Shown here: piece by piece, positions 23,097-37,399 of the stretch
Position numbering within the stretch: position 1 is the stretch's first letter
Layout of the letters: every line of letters begins with the position of its first letter
Assembly: GCF_000143415.4 (NCBI RefSeq)
Contig: NW_003314350.1
Location: 62,001-126,000 of the forward strand
Source of the DNA: Selaginella moellendorffii
Lineage: Eukaryota > Plantae > Lycopodiophyta
Direction of reading: 5' to 3'
DNA length: 64,000 bases
Translations under genes and position numbers: made by a program
The notes under the pieces: generated by a model
Seen by the model: only the letters and a program-made list of their open reading frames with translations
What the model was told of the DNA's origin: nothing
Databases searched by the model: none

Positions 23097-24735
23097 TCAA
23101 GCGGTCACACCACGGCTTGCCATGTCTTTATGGACGAGCGTCAAGCTTTTCTCGAGCTCTTGACGTGTCAGGTCAGCAATTTCTACCTGGAAAGCACAAA
23201 GAAAACAAAACAGTGAAAGAACGATGACAACGAACTTAAAGATTTTTTGCCACCTTTCCAATCCATGTTTTGATCTCTTTCCTCAGACCGAAAGCTTTGT
23301 TTCGTGCTTTCATATAGTCCATGGCGGTCGGTTGTGGAGGCCCATCTTGATTTTGAAGAGCAATTATGACCGCGTCGTGGAGTTTTCTCTGCGATCAAGG
23401 AATGTTTTCAGGAAGAATCTCAGAAAAGATAACTAGACAGACACTCACCCGCTGAACTCTCTCGGCCATGATAAATCCATCTGCCGAGTTAACAAGTGGA
23501 AATCGATCCGTGAGTGATTGCTTCATTCGTAGTCCTTGGTCGTGGGCGTAAGATAGCATCTCCAGCGTGTTCTCGAGGACCTGCATTGCCAACACCGCTG
23601 TATCGAGAAACGGAGCAAAGACGGGAAGATCTGATTCATAAAGGAAGAAAAACTCGGAGAGCGCAGACACTACCTGCAACGTCGACTTGATCAAACGCTT
23701 TAGCCGACGTATCTCCTTAACTCGCTCGCGCATCCGGGCGTTGAGCTGACCATTTACGATCTTGAGCTCGTCAAAATCCACCACGTGAAGAATTTCCTCG
23801 AGATCTTTCTTGTTTCCGAATTGCTTGAGCAAACTGTTGCGCTCGGTCTTGGCTCTGGCGTTCTTTGCCAGAACGTTGTCCCTTAAGTTCTTCTTCCTTC
23901 TGTTCTTGTCCACGACGAATCTACATCAACGAAAGGAATAATCCAAGTTTCGGTATCCGAAAAAGCCGAGAAGAAAGAAAAGAAGCGACTGACCTGAGAA
24001 TATCTTCTGAGTATGGCTTGTCTACGGGATTGAGCTGTGCCAGCAGCAACACATCCCTGTTGAAATCAACACGATCCTTCCTGAATTCGGCAACTCGGTG
24101 CTTGGCCGCATTGAGAACCGCTCGGAGGTCGTCGAGAATGCGGTCTTGTTCCACTTTGATCTTCTCGATATACTGCCGCTGGAACAGGCACTCCTCGTCC
24201 ACAATCTCCAGTTTCTCCTCGGGGCTCAACGTCAAGACCACCATCTCCTGAGGCTTTGCTGCCACTTGCGAGAATCGGACGCCACTTCTCGCGGGTTGAT
24301 CCGCCGCAACTTCTGAAGCTGCTCTCGCCGCCGCTGCCGCCGCCTTGGCCTTCTCTTCCGCCTCGGCCTTTTCTTTCTCTTCCTGCTCCTTCTCCATGCT
24401 TTCCAGATGAAGCTGGAGGCTGGATTTTCGCGCTACAACCACGCGCTGGATCAAAGAGAAAAGAAAAGAGTCAGCGCTAGGCGATAACACGAAAGAAAAC
24501 AAGCAATGCACGATCTTGTCGAAAGGAAATAGAGGGAATATGGCCAAGAATCGTGAGATTTGGAGGCAATACACCGGATTTCGACCGGAGCTGGACGAAA
24601 TATCACAATGCGGGGGATGGAAAAACTCACCGAGAGATGCTCCGAGAGCATCGCGTTCTCGACGCGGATGAACATCTGCTGGCGATGGAGCTCTCTAAGC
24701 TGCTTGGCGCGCTCCTCCACCTCCAGATCGGCCAT
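23097..24735 (-). CDS. CCDC113: Cilia/flagella coiled-coil protein, CCDC113 (DUF4201)-like
   Basis: LSPEEKLEIV, EILHVVDFDELKIVN, STLQ|VL, P..MDY and KVEIA match the CCDC113/CCDC96 family pattern. Confidence 0.75.
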
Positions 24736-25097
24736 GGGGGCCGGGCGCGAGACCTAGCGCTCCTGGCGATGGCGCCCCAGCTCAAACCGCAAAGAATGAA
24801 GAGGAGGGAATTTTTCTGGGGTTGAGTCAGATAGGCTTTAGGGCTTAAAGAGCGGTTGGTCGTTAGAAATATCCTTTTGCCCGCTCCGCCAGTGCCGGAG
24901 AGCCACGTGGCTTCGTTATTAAACGAAGATGCCAATTAGACTAAGACATTGTTAGCTAGTTAATCGTGCTTAAGAAAAGCCAGATGGCCGATTTTCAACA
25001 CGTCCAGCGTTTTTGTGTGGCAATGGCGGGGCTTTTCTGTTTCTTTCAAAATCCCTGTTCTTCTTCCACTCCCTGTTCGTGGCTTTAGGTTTTGGCG

Positions 25098-26565
25098 ATG
25101 GCGGACATCCGCGCCAGCAATCTCACTGTTCATGCAGCGCTCCTGTTGACGCAGTTCCTCACGGCCTTCATGACGCTCGCGACGCAGGCGGTGCTCAAGG
25201 AAGGCGTGAATCGCCTCGTTCTCGGGTGCTACTGCCTCTTTCTCGCAGGAGCGGTGCTCGCGGTTGCTGCATTCGTGTTTGAGAGGTAAAGAACTGCGAG
25301 ATTTCGGCTGGATTCTCGCGTTTTCTTGAAATAACTCTCGTCGCCCCCCTTTCTTGGCACGAATGGCATCACACAGGGGGCGGGATCTTCGAATTACGTT
25401 TGGATTGATTCTCCAGCTGCTCGTCTTTGGTTTCTTGTAAGTGCTTTTGGATGATCGAGAGCAACTGACGGTCTAATCGAGGTATCTTGTTTGTGCTTTT
25501 CTCCTTTTTTCTCCCTTGAACAGTGTGTTTATCATACAAATTCTGGGATTAGTGGGGCTCTCCAAGACTTCGGCCAGCTTTGTCTCGGCAATGCATCCAC
25601 TGTCAACCGTTTTTACTGCCGCGTTCGCGATGCTCTTTGGGTGAGGACAAAGAAGCTCCAGTACTAAGTAAAGATCGAGCTAACTTTCCTCTTTTTCTAG
25701 GGTAGAGAAAGTGAAACTTCTCTCAGTGTACGGGCAAGCGAAGATCGCCGGCATTCTCGTTTGCGCTGGCGGTGCAATCTTGATGATCCTCTACAAAGGC
25801 CCGTGCGTTCTCGGCTTGCAGTGCTCGTCACCGTCCTCGACAACGCCGATCAAATCCGTAAGGACTGGGGTCGAGTTCCAGGTCGGTGCCTTTTGCATCG
25901 TTCTAAGCTCTATGGCCGCTGGAGCAATGGGAACTTTTGCGGTAAAAAATGCTCTCTTCTCTTTACATCTTCATTCGTTTTTTATTTTTCCAGGCAAAGC
26001 TGCTTGAGAAGCGCCCCACACCAGTCACAATCCTGGCAATCACTTTCTTGATAGGATCACTCGTCAGTGGGACGGCTGGGTTCTTCACAATCGACAGTTC
26101 CGCGTGGAGATTAACCGGGAGTTTAGTCCCCGTCGTTATGCTCATCGTAAGTTTCCATACTCTGGTGCTGCTTTGCCTAGGCTCAAAGTAACCATACACA
26201 CTGGTTTTTGGTTTTGCTCAGTCCGTTCTTTCCTTGTCCATATTTCCAGTTTTGATGCTTTGGAGCGTGATGCGGCTCGGCCCCACGATCGTCGGCTGCT
26301 ACACGCCTGTAAATACACTCATCACGTCGCTTTTCTCGAGCATTTTCCTGGGCAGGCAAGCAAGCAAAAGTCTAGACATCTAAAATGCTTCTTTTTTTGC
26401 TTTTGCTTTTGCTTTTGCAGCATCATCGGGGCACTTTTCATTTTGATCGGACTTTTGCTCGTTAGCTGGGCCCACGAGGAGTGCTCCAAATCAACCGCCG
26501 AACAAGAAGCACCATGCTCGGCGGAGCCCCTCATCGAGAAGATCGAAGCTATAAATCTCGCCTAG
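25098..26565 (+). CDS. WAT1-related / UMAMIT (EamA) transporter
   Basis: AAFVFER, GLSKTSASFVSAM, EKVKL...GQAKIAGILVCAGGA, LGPTIVGCYTP, SIIGALFILIGLLLVSWA. Confidence 0.88.
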
Positions 26566-26999
26566 CTCAACAGGAAAGTTGTAAATACTACTACCACTAC
26601 AGGCTACTCTCATATCATGGGTGAGTATCATTCGCTTCAACTTAGTCAGCACGGATTTCTCTGATCCGAAAGATGGTGTTTGACATGATTGAGATCTAAT
26701 CACTTTGGCACCCAATGAAGATAGAAAAGAAATTCAAGTAATGTGCCCAGACAGAAAGGGTCCGTAGCAAAATCGCCGAAGCCATTTGCTGCGGATGAGT
26801 GTGCTGGATCAATCTAGCAAGAGAAAAATAAGTCGCAAGCAACAGCGCATTGCTATCGACTGAGTGCCCTTGCCTTTGCATACAAACCCTAGGCGGCCAC
26901 AAGAGCCCTAATAAATCCAAACCTAGCATATTCCTAGAGCATCAAATAGTTTAGCATATTCGGTGAGTATCGCATATTCAACTTTTATTCTAGGCTCGC

Positions 27000-27680
27000 T
27001 GGATTGTCCAATCCCACACGCTCGATCAGCTTACCTCAGTGGTGAGGATGTCAAGATCGGACTCGAGCCTTATAACATCCGCACCAGCTCCAATGAAGTT
27101 CTCCGCGGTTTCGATGATGCTTAAGAACATAGTTTTTTCTAGTCTTTGGAACTCACCTTCTTCGAAGAGGAAGAGTCCAGGCTTCGTTCTTCAGATAGAG
27201 AAAGTCATCCTTGGCGATCTTGTCACACAGAACATCAAATTCGATCATATCGAAGTCAAGGTCTTTGCAGTCCTGGAGAAAAATTGACAAGAACACAAAA
27301 AAGCATTAGAACCGATCGACAAGAGAAAGAACTTCTCATTCATTCTCATCGTACCTGGACGTACTGTTTGAAAGATTTCCGGCCGCCCCCAAGAACATCT
27401 TCGGCCCATCCACCGGAGGTCACATAAATCCCGCGCCAATGAGCCAGCTCGATCATATCCCTGAGCGACCGCGACATCAAATTGGAGAACTGGAGCCCAG
27501 CGATCGAGCTCCCGCTGGACTCCAAAATTTGCTACACCACTCAGAAACTCACAATCTCGCAGTTCCTCCCTTCCTCGAGGTAGCGCGATCCCAAGAAAGA
27601 ATGGGAGTCCGCCCGGTGATCCGGCTTTTCCGTGCGACCATGAAGATCACATCGCCCAAACATCGCTCCTCTGACCAGAA
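27000..27680 (-). pseudogene. Degenerate duplicate of HSA32
   Basis: Near-identical to 31550-32320 but with internal deletions and no 3' exons. Confidence 0.85.
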
Positions 27681-27704
27681 GCTTAGTTTTGTACTAACGT
27701 TTTC

Positions 27705-28060
27705 TAGCAAAGTCCTTTGGTGGGCTTTTCCTCGTCGATCGAAGAACCGTCGCTACGATCGAGCAGCGCGACGCGCTGATTTCGAAGCTTTGGACGAGCT
27801 CTTCCTCTTCGCTTCGTTCCTCTTTGAGAAGAGAAATCAACAAGTTGATTCCAAGTCCACCAGCTCGAGTAGTAAGTAGGAAAACGAAACCCTCCCCTGC
27901 TTCAAATTTTTTACTCTGACATTTATGTGTGGCAAAACGAAAGAACGTAATCACCTGCTCTTGCCTGTCCTCTTGCTTGACATTTCCGTCCAAACGAAAC
28001 GGTGGCCCCCTTTCCCCGAGACAAAACTCAAGGATGTCTGTCATTTGAGAGAAAAAAGGA
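27705..28060 (-). pseudogene. Deleted duplicate of the DDM1 3' end
   Basis: [30 protein letters not shown]...[15 protein letters not shown] is fused directly to LISLLKEERSEEEELVQS; compare 32480-33310. Confidence 0.85.
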
Positions 28061-28781
28061 ACGTGATATAAGCACATTAAGTAGTGTTTACTTACATGTT
28101 TGTTATGTGATGGTTTGATTGTACACTTTTAGATATTATAAGTTTTAATATTAATTAGAACATAATTTTGGAAGACCATAGTTTCATAACGAAGGTACAC
28201 ATTTAACACTTCTAGCTAATATATATACATCAAATGTTGCAATAAATTAGAGATTTATTTCATACTGATAATGGTAAGGTGTAAATGTTTTCTACGGTTA
28301 AAGGTGGTGTTTTTTTTATATACTACATGCAATGCTAGGTGGTATGCCTATACCTGGCGCACTCTCAACACCAACTTGGAAGAATTTTTTTTTACCAACT
28401 TTCTCCTCTTCGCATTTCTTGGCTGCCTCCACTCTTGCCGTCTGATCAATGGAAGCATTCTGCACAAAAAAACCACACAATGATCACAAAAGAAAGTCAC
28501 GCTCTGTTTATTATTATTCCTGGAGTTGTAAAGTGTTCAACCTTTTTTCTCCCACATGTACTCCCCTAGAAACCAAACTACCCTCTGGGAGCTACTGCAC
28601 TACATTGCTCGAAGAAATTCCCTAATGCCACGACATATATCTGCCACTGACCATCGTCACCAAAGGGTGATGCATGACGCTCCTTTCGCCTTGAGTTTTG
28701 TAGACAAGTATTTTATATGATTCCTACATCTCCAACTAAGAATGTAGCTACAGCACCAGATACTTATCTCCAAACAGGTCC

Positions 28782-31046
28782 TTAGGGATATGACAATGGA
28801 AGCATGCGCTTCACAATATCCTCCTCCGTGTCAGTCATCTGCAGAACATGACCACGGGTGTTGAGCTTCAGCACATCCCTCATTGCATCCACAACAGAAT
28901 CCTCTAAAAGAAACGGGAACAGCTGACGAGACAGCCCGTAAATAACTATAGTCTGCTGGGCAGAACCTTCAACACTCACACGATTATCAGGTGAGCCGAG
29001 CTGGAAAACAAGACTAAGCATGAACCCCACGCCATCAACACCAGCCTCAAGCTTCTCAACCGCTTTTGCCATGCCAGTCTTTCTGTCAGCTTCCCATCGT
29101 TTTGCCTGGATCCCAATCGCACCCTTGCTGCTTGGCAGAACGTTGTGAACGGCCTTCTGTCCGGGCTTGCACGTTAATGCTCGATAGTGTTGGGAGCAGT
29201 CGTTGATCAGGGCGGCATCCAACCTTCCGTAAGTTGGCGAGAAGCTGTTAAACTGGAGCTCAGCGTCCAAGTGAACTGTGCTTGCTAGACCGTCTGGAAC
29301 CATTCCCAGCAGCGTAGTCAAGAACTCTCGGAGTGTTATCTTCTTTGTGTACATCACGTCCTTCTTGCCTTTGAGACACGTGAGCATGGCTAGCAGCACT
29401 AGTAACCTGGTGACCATCTCTCCCCTTGGATCACCAGTAACCACGCCTTTCTTGCACATCTTGGAGACGGACACAAGAATCTTGCAGAGCTTGTTCTTGT
29501 CAAGTAAGACTGATGCTGCGGCTGATGCAAGAACCGGTTCAGCAGCATTAGAGACGTGAACTCGTTGCATGTCTTCGGAAATCCACGATGCCGTCATCAT
29601 ATGATGGGCCATGCTGAGCTCCGCCACCTCCGACCATGATGCAACCTCCACTCCAACAGTGCACCCGAGAACACCAACCACCATCTCATCTTTTAGTTCC
29701 TCCTGCAGGTTAAGCTTGTCCCTCGCAAGGCCGAGCAACTTTTCAGGACTGCACCCTCGGTCGATAAAAGCGCGCCACAGAGGCCTTCCAAGGCGGAAGA
29801 CAGATTCTGCTCCACCAGGCCGAGGAGGTGCCGCTGTCCCTGTTAGCCAAAACGGCTTGAACAGCTTAAAGTCTCGAGAGGGCACTTTTCTTGTCGGATC
29901 CAAGGCTTGCGCCGGCACAGAATTTGACAAGCGCGGATTCGTACCAAGCATTACTGCCCAAAGACCAGAAGATGCTGTCCTGAGAACCCGCCTTAAAAGT
30001 GTGAATCCAGTATCCATTTCATCCGCCAACTCAGTATCCGCCAACGTTCTAGCCTCGTCAAAGCAAAACAACACCTTCAGCCGCTTGCCGTCGGGTCCCG
30101 CAACGCCAAGCACAGGCAACTTTTCGATGGCAGCCTTCAAGGCTCTCTGCACAGTACGGTATACATGGTTTTCCCCCCACAGAAAGTTTGTGGTCTGACG
30201 CTCAAACGTTATCAGGCCGGGCGCCTCTTGCGCCACAACTGCAGAGTCTTGAAGACGCTCCAGACAGCCTGGTATTTTGTCACGTATCATGGCTGCTATA
30301 GGAAATCCATGCTCAGGATGCGTCTGCTTCAAAATCCAGAGACCCGGGTTAGGACCTCCGCCGCCTTCTTCTTTAGAGTTTCCAGTGTCAGACTCCGGAA
30401 TGCCTTCCCCAACATACTCTCCGAGAGCCTCAATGCTGGCAATTAGAAACGCAGTCATCTTGAGTGCCGTTGCGTTTGTCGTACAGATCCAGTCGGCCAA
30501 ATGTGGAGTCCGGCCGGGCATTCCAGCCGAGTCAACCTTCATGCAGGAGACATAGATGGTGTACAAGCCTTTCCTGTGAAGCTCACACGCGAGCCTTGAC
30601 TTCCCCCAGCCGCTGCCCTGCACCACAGCAAAGTACGGCGCAAGATACCTGGAGCCGGGCGTTATCCAGGTCATGTAATCCTGCTCGATCTTACGCCACA
30701 GCTCCTCCAGTATGTCCATGTCCTGAAGTGGATAGTCGAAGAAAGCTTTCTGTGCTATCCCCATGCCCGGCGCTGCTCCTCTGCGAGCCCGCCACATGCG
30801 GACGTTGATATTCAGAGACTCCTCAGCCATGCTATCCACCGCAGCCAGAAACTCCTCCCTAGTGTTGAGATTTGCCAGCCGCGTTCGCTTACTACCGGTC
30901 GAGTGCAGCCAACCCGCAACTGCATCTATCTCCCCCGATGCAAAATTGGATCTCACCCATGAAGCGAGACATTCGAAGGTGAGGTCCTTCTCAGTTGGAG
31001 GCCTGAAACTTGCTGATTCAAAGATCTTCCTCGCTCGTTTCGCCAT
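28782..31046 (-). CDS. Intronless 754-aa Crinkler-like (CR) protein: P-loop NTPase + PD-(D/E)xK-fold C-terminal domain
   Basis: YLAPYFAVVQGSGWGKSRL (Walker A), VLFCFDEARTL (Walker B), GRPLW, AEPVLASAA, GDPRGEMVTRLLVLLA, FNSF, CKPGQKAVHNVLP...IGIQAK. Motif order resembles the fungal/oomycete NTPase-REase family. Confidence 0.8.
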   Translation of the reverse strand: MAKRARKIFESASFRPPTEKDLTFECLASWVRSNFASGEIDAVAGWLHSTGSKRTRLANLNTREEFLAAVDSMAEESLNINVRMWRARRGAAPGMGIAQKAFFDYPLQDMDILEELWRKIEQDYMTWITPGSRYLAPYFAVVQGSGWGKSRLACELHRKGLYTIYVSCMKVDSAGMPGRTPHLADWICTTNATALKMTAFLIASIEALGEYVGEGIPESDTGNSKEEGGGGPNPGLWILKQTHPEHGFPIAAMIRDKIPGCLERLQDSAVVAQEAPGLITFERQTTNFLWGENHVYRTVQRALKAAIEKLPVLGVAGPDGKRLKVLFCFDEARTLADTELADEMDTGFTLLRRVLRTASSGLWAVMLGTNPRLSNSVPAQALDPTRKVPSRDFKLFKPFWLTGTAAPPRPGGAESVFRLGRPLWRAFIDRGCSPEKLLGLARDKLNLQEELKDEMVVGVLGCTVGVEVASWSEVAELSMAHHMMTASWISEDMQRVHVSNAAEPVLASAAASVLLDKNKLCKILVSVSKMCKKGVVTGDPRGEMVTRLLVLLAMLTCLKGKKDVMYTKKITLREFLTTLLGMVPDGLASTVHLDAELQFNSFSPTYGRLDAALINDCSQHYRALTCKPGQKAVHNVLPSSKGAIGIQAKRWEADRKTGMAKAVEKLEAGVDGVGFMLSLVFQLGSPDNRVSVEGSAQQTIVIYGLSRQLFPFLLEDSVVDAMRDVLKLNTRGHVLQMTDTEEDIVKRMLPLSYP

Positions 31047-31328
31047 AACCCTTAGGTATGTAAAAGGTCCGGGTTATCTGCTAAAATAAAAAGATTGCTT
31101 TTGGCTTGATTTATTTTTTTTTTTCTATTTCAGGTATTGGGTAAAATCTTTTAGTTCCCATTAGGAATCCTTAAAGAAAAGACAAATCTATAATGCAACC
31201 ATGTAGTTTCTTAACCGTAACATCTGTTATATAAAACTAGAGTTTTTAGGTTAATTGATATGTACTTTCACTCGAATCCCGATAACACATCTTTTTAATC
31301 TCTTTGTTTCAACTAGTATTCGTAAATA

Positions 31329-32307
31329 TTATAACAGAGGAGCGAAAAGAGGACGTGGGCGACGGCCCTTTCCCGCGCGAAGGCATTCCAGCTGAGGAAC
31401 GTGCGAGTGATCCACGAACAGATTCACCTGTAAAACACAGTTTCGATTCGCTGTGATCGATCTCGAGTGTTTGTTTTCATTCGGTACCTGTCGACCGTAG
31501 TTTGTGATGAACCACTCGAACACCTTGGGCTCCCTGGCTTGAAAGATGAGTCTGTCCAATCCCACTCGCTCGATCAGCTTGGCGATTACGTCAGTGGTGA
31601 GGATGTCTAGATCGGACTCGAGCCGTATAACATCCGCACCAGCTCCAATGAAGTTCTCGGCGGTTTCGATGATAGTTTTGGCATCTGGAAGAGCAAACTT
31701 TGGATCAATCGATCAGAAAGCTAGTCTTCAGAACTTTACCTTCTTCGAAGAGGAAAAGTCCAGGCTTGGCTTTGAGACCCTCGTTCTTGATCATGCGAGT
31801 CAGGTAGAGAAAGTCGTCCTTGGCGATCTTGTCACACAGAACATCAAATTCGATCATATCGAAGCCAAGGTCTTTGCAGTCCTGGAAGAAAAATCGATAA
31901 GAACACAAGAAAGGCATTAGAAACGATCGACAAGAGAAAGAACTTCTCATTCATTCTCATCGCACCTGGACGTACTGCTTGAAAGATTTCCGGCCGCCCC
32001 CAAGAACATCTTCGCCCCATCCACCGGAGCTCACATAAATCCCGTGCCGATGAGCCAGCTCGATCATATCCCTGAGCAGCGACCGCGACATCAAATTGGA
32101 GAACTGGAGCCCATCGATCGAGCTCCCGCTGGACTCCAAAATTTGCTACACCACACAGAAACTCAAACTCTCGCATTCCCTCCCTGGAATCCATACCTCG
32201 AGGTAGCGCGATCCAAAGAAAGAATGGTAGGGGCTGCGAATCTCCGTCCGCCCGGTGATCCGCGGCTTCTCCGCGCGATCCATGAAGAACACATCGCCCC
32301 CAAACAT
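31329..32307 (-). CDS. HSA32: Heat-stress-associated 32 (phosphosulfolactate synthase-like)
   Basis: DRAEKPRITGRTEIRSPY, AHRHGIYVSSGGWGE, CKDLGFDMIE, GAGADVI, FEWFITNYG, VNLFVDHSHV..LECLR. Confidence 0.9.
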
Positions 32308-32419
32308 CGCTCCTCTAACTCTAGGGCTTTCCAGAAGCTTAGATTCCTTGGCATATTTTGTACTAACGTCTATATACCTTTTTCTTCCATAGCTATACAA
32401 AAAAAAATGGATGGGACGA

Positions 32420-35441
<3,022 letters not shown>

Positions 35442-35605
35442 AGAGAGAGAAAGAATCCCTCGCCGCTGTCAAAGCGGGAAGAGGGTTTTACGCCCAGCCC
35501 CAGATTCGAACCCCCGACTACCAAACAAAGTTATTTGCATTAAAATAAAGTAGGATTATTGAAAGGTCAAATGACCGTTAGAACTAGGGTTCTTGTAGAG
35601 AGCCT

Positions 35606-37033
35606 CTAGGATCGCTTGACGAGCTTGCAGAGATGGACGTCGAGCTTGGTGGCGCTCACGCTGGACTCCTGCGTCACCTCCCACGAATCGTAGCGCAGGA
35701 ACATCTCCGCGATGAACTGGACCGCGATGAGCTCCGCCTGGTTCTTCCCCGGGCACTGCTTGTTGGTGGGCGTCGGCGAGTCCGTCTCGCGCCCATTCGA
35801 CCACACGATGTGTGGCAGCAGCGCCGCGCCCTCGCTGCCCATGAATCGATCCGGCACGAAGCTGTGAGGATCCTTGAACACCACCGGATCTCTCATCACG
35901 AAGTACTGGTGCGTGCCAAGCAGCTCGCCCTTCTTGATCTTGTATCGCGCGTCGTGCGATTCCACCTCCAGATCCTGCCGCGCGCGCCCAAACGCCACGA
36001 AGATTGATGGCATGAGCCGGAACACCTCGAGCACAGTGGCCTTGACGAGCTTGAGATCCCCCAGCGCCTGGATCGAGGCCGCGTCCTTGCGCTTCTTGAT
36101 CCTCCCGCGGATCTCCTGCTTGAGCCTGGCCTGGAACTCCGCCCCGGCTCGCGCGATGAAGAAAAGGATCGGCGGGAACATCTTGAGCAGCCCAAGTCGA
36201 GTGTTGATCCCGAAAGAGAAGACGAGGTTGTGGAGCGCCTCCTCGCGATCCAGCCCGTACTTGGTCACGGCCAGATCCAAGAGCCCGGACCCGGCGGAGC
36301 GGAAGAACTCGACGATCTGTTCGTACTTCTTCTTGATCGGGAAGAACGGGAGCTGGAAGCTGTGCATGAGTAGCTCCTCGGTGATGTGAGGGAGACTGGT
36401 GTAGGCGATCCCCGCGAACTGGACGCCCGTCCAGGCCATGTACACCGAGTGTGGATCATCGCCCATGGTCGCCATGGGGTCCTGGTGAGTGATCGTCTTG
36501 TACAGGAACTGGATCACCATGTTTCCAGCAGTGCTCAGCGACTCCACCGAGCCATCCTTGGCGATCTTCGCCTCCCACTCCTGGGCAGTGCGATCGAAGG
36601 CGCTGCTCAGCTCCGGCCCGAATCGCTGCGCGCTCTCGTGGAGGATCTCGAACATGAGCGACTTGTACGTGGTGTGCTTCTCCTCGGCGGTGTCCAGGTA
36701 CGGAAGCGTACGGTAGCCGCCGGTGAAGGCCAGGTCGGGCATGTAGGAGCCAATCAGCGTGTCGCGCTTGTCCACCTTGGCGTTGTCGAGGAGGACGGAG
36801 TAACTGACCTGGTCGAGGAGGACGATGCCATGACCCTCGGGGAAGCCCGGCGGGCCCGGCGGGAAGTTGACACGGAAGACTGTGCTCTGGTTCTTCGCCA
36901 TCCGGGATTTGTAGAACTCTACCTCGCCCTGGAACCAGTAGAAGTCAAGGCGATCCTTGAGAGCTCCCACGACTGGGACGCCATAGCTGCCCGGGACGTC
37001 CTTGAGGGGCTTCTCTTTTCCACTGGCAGGCAT
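35606..37033 (-). CDS. CYP74: CYP74 family oxylipin P450 (intronless)
   Basis: DVPGSYG, STVFRVNFPPGPP, HNLVF, FVPDRF, WSNGRET, NKQCPGKN heme ligand. Confidence 0.95.
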   Translation of the reverse strand: MPASGKEKPLKDVPGSYGVPVVGALKDRLDFYWFQGEVEFYKSRMAKNQSTVFRVNFPPGPPGFPEGHGIVLLDQVSYSVLLDNAKVDKRDTLIGSYMPDLAFTGGYRTLPYLDTAEEKHTTYKSLMFEILHESAQRFGPELSSAFDRTAQEWEAKIAKDGSVESLSTAGNMVIQFLYKTITHQDPMATMGDDPHSVYMAWTGVQFAGIAYTSLPHITEELLMHSFQLPFFPIKKKYEQIVEFFRSAGSGLLDLAVTKYGLDREEALHNLVFSFGINTRLGLLKMFPPILFFIARAGAEFQARLKQEIRGRIKKRKDAASIQALGDLKLVKATVLEVFRLMPSIFVAFGRARQDLEVESHDARYKIKKGELLGTHQYFVMRDPVVFKDPHSFVPDRFMGSEGAALLPHIVWSNGRETDSPTPTNKQCPGKNQAELIAVQFIAEMFLRYDSWEVTQESSVSATKLDVHLCKLVKRS

Positions 37034-37399
37034 CCTCTTGCGCAAAGCTTCGACCTGGAGAGATTGCAATGTATAAGCCCAAGGGGAGATCTGGGATCTC
37101 GGATTTATACACGGACCTTGGGCGCGTGCTTCTCGTGGTCCTGGGCGCCCAGAGTCCACCAGACAGACCACGATGAGCCGCCACGTAAGGCTAATCGAAA
37201 ACAAAGTCCAAGAATTGTAAGAAAAAAGCTAAAAGCAAAGATACCTGAAGATTTCTGATAAGAAACAATCTCTCGCGAGATGTGGGCAACCACAAATGCC
37301 ACAGTTGTTTGATTGATCATGGGCAAGAAAACTATGGCAGGAGTCAGTGTCCTACAACCGTACAAGAGCGCCGTACCTTTCAAGGCGGCGGTCAATCAG

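Noticed and set aside
28060-31330. TIRs, TSD or Helitron ends around the CR-like gene
   Set aside because: No inverted termini, short TSD or hairpin-CTAG end could be identified by eye.
32325-32345. Heat-shock element-like TTCcaGAAgcTTA before HSA32
   Set aside because: Imperfect, and it lies downstream of the putative TATA box.
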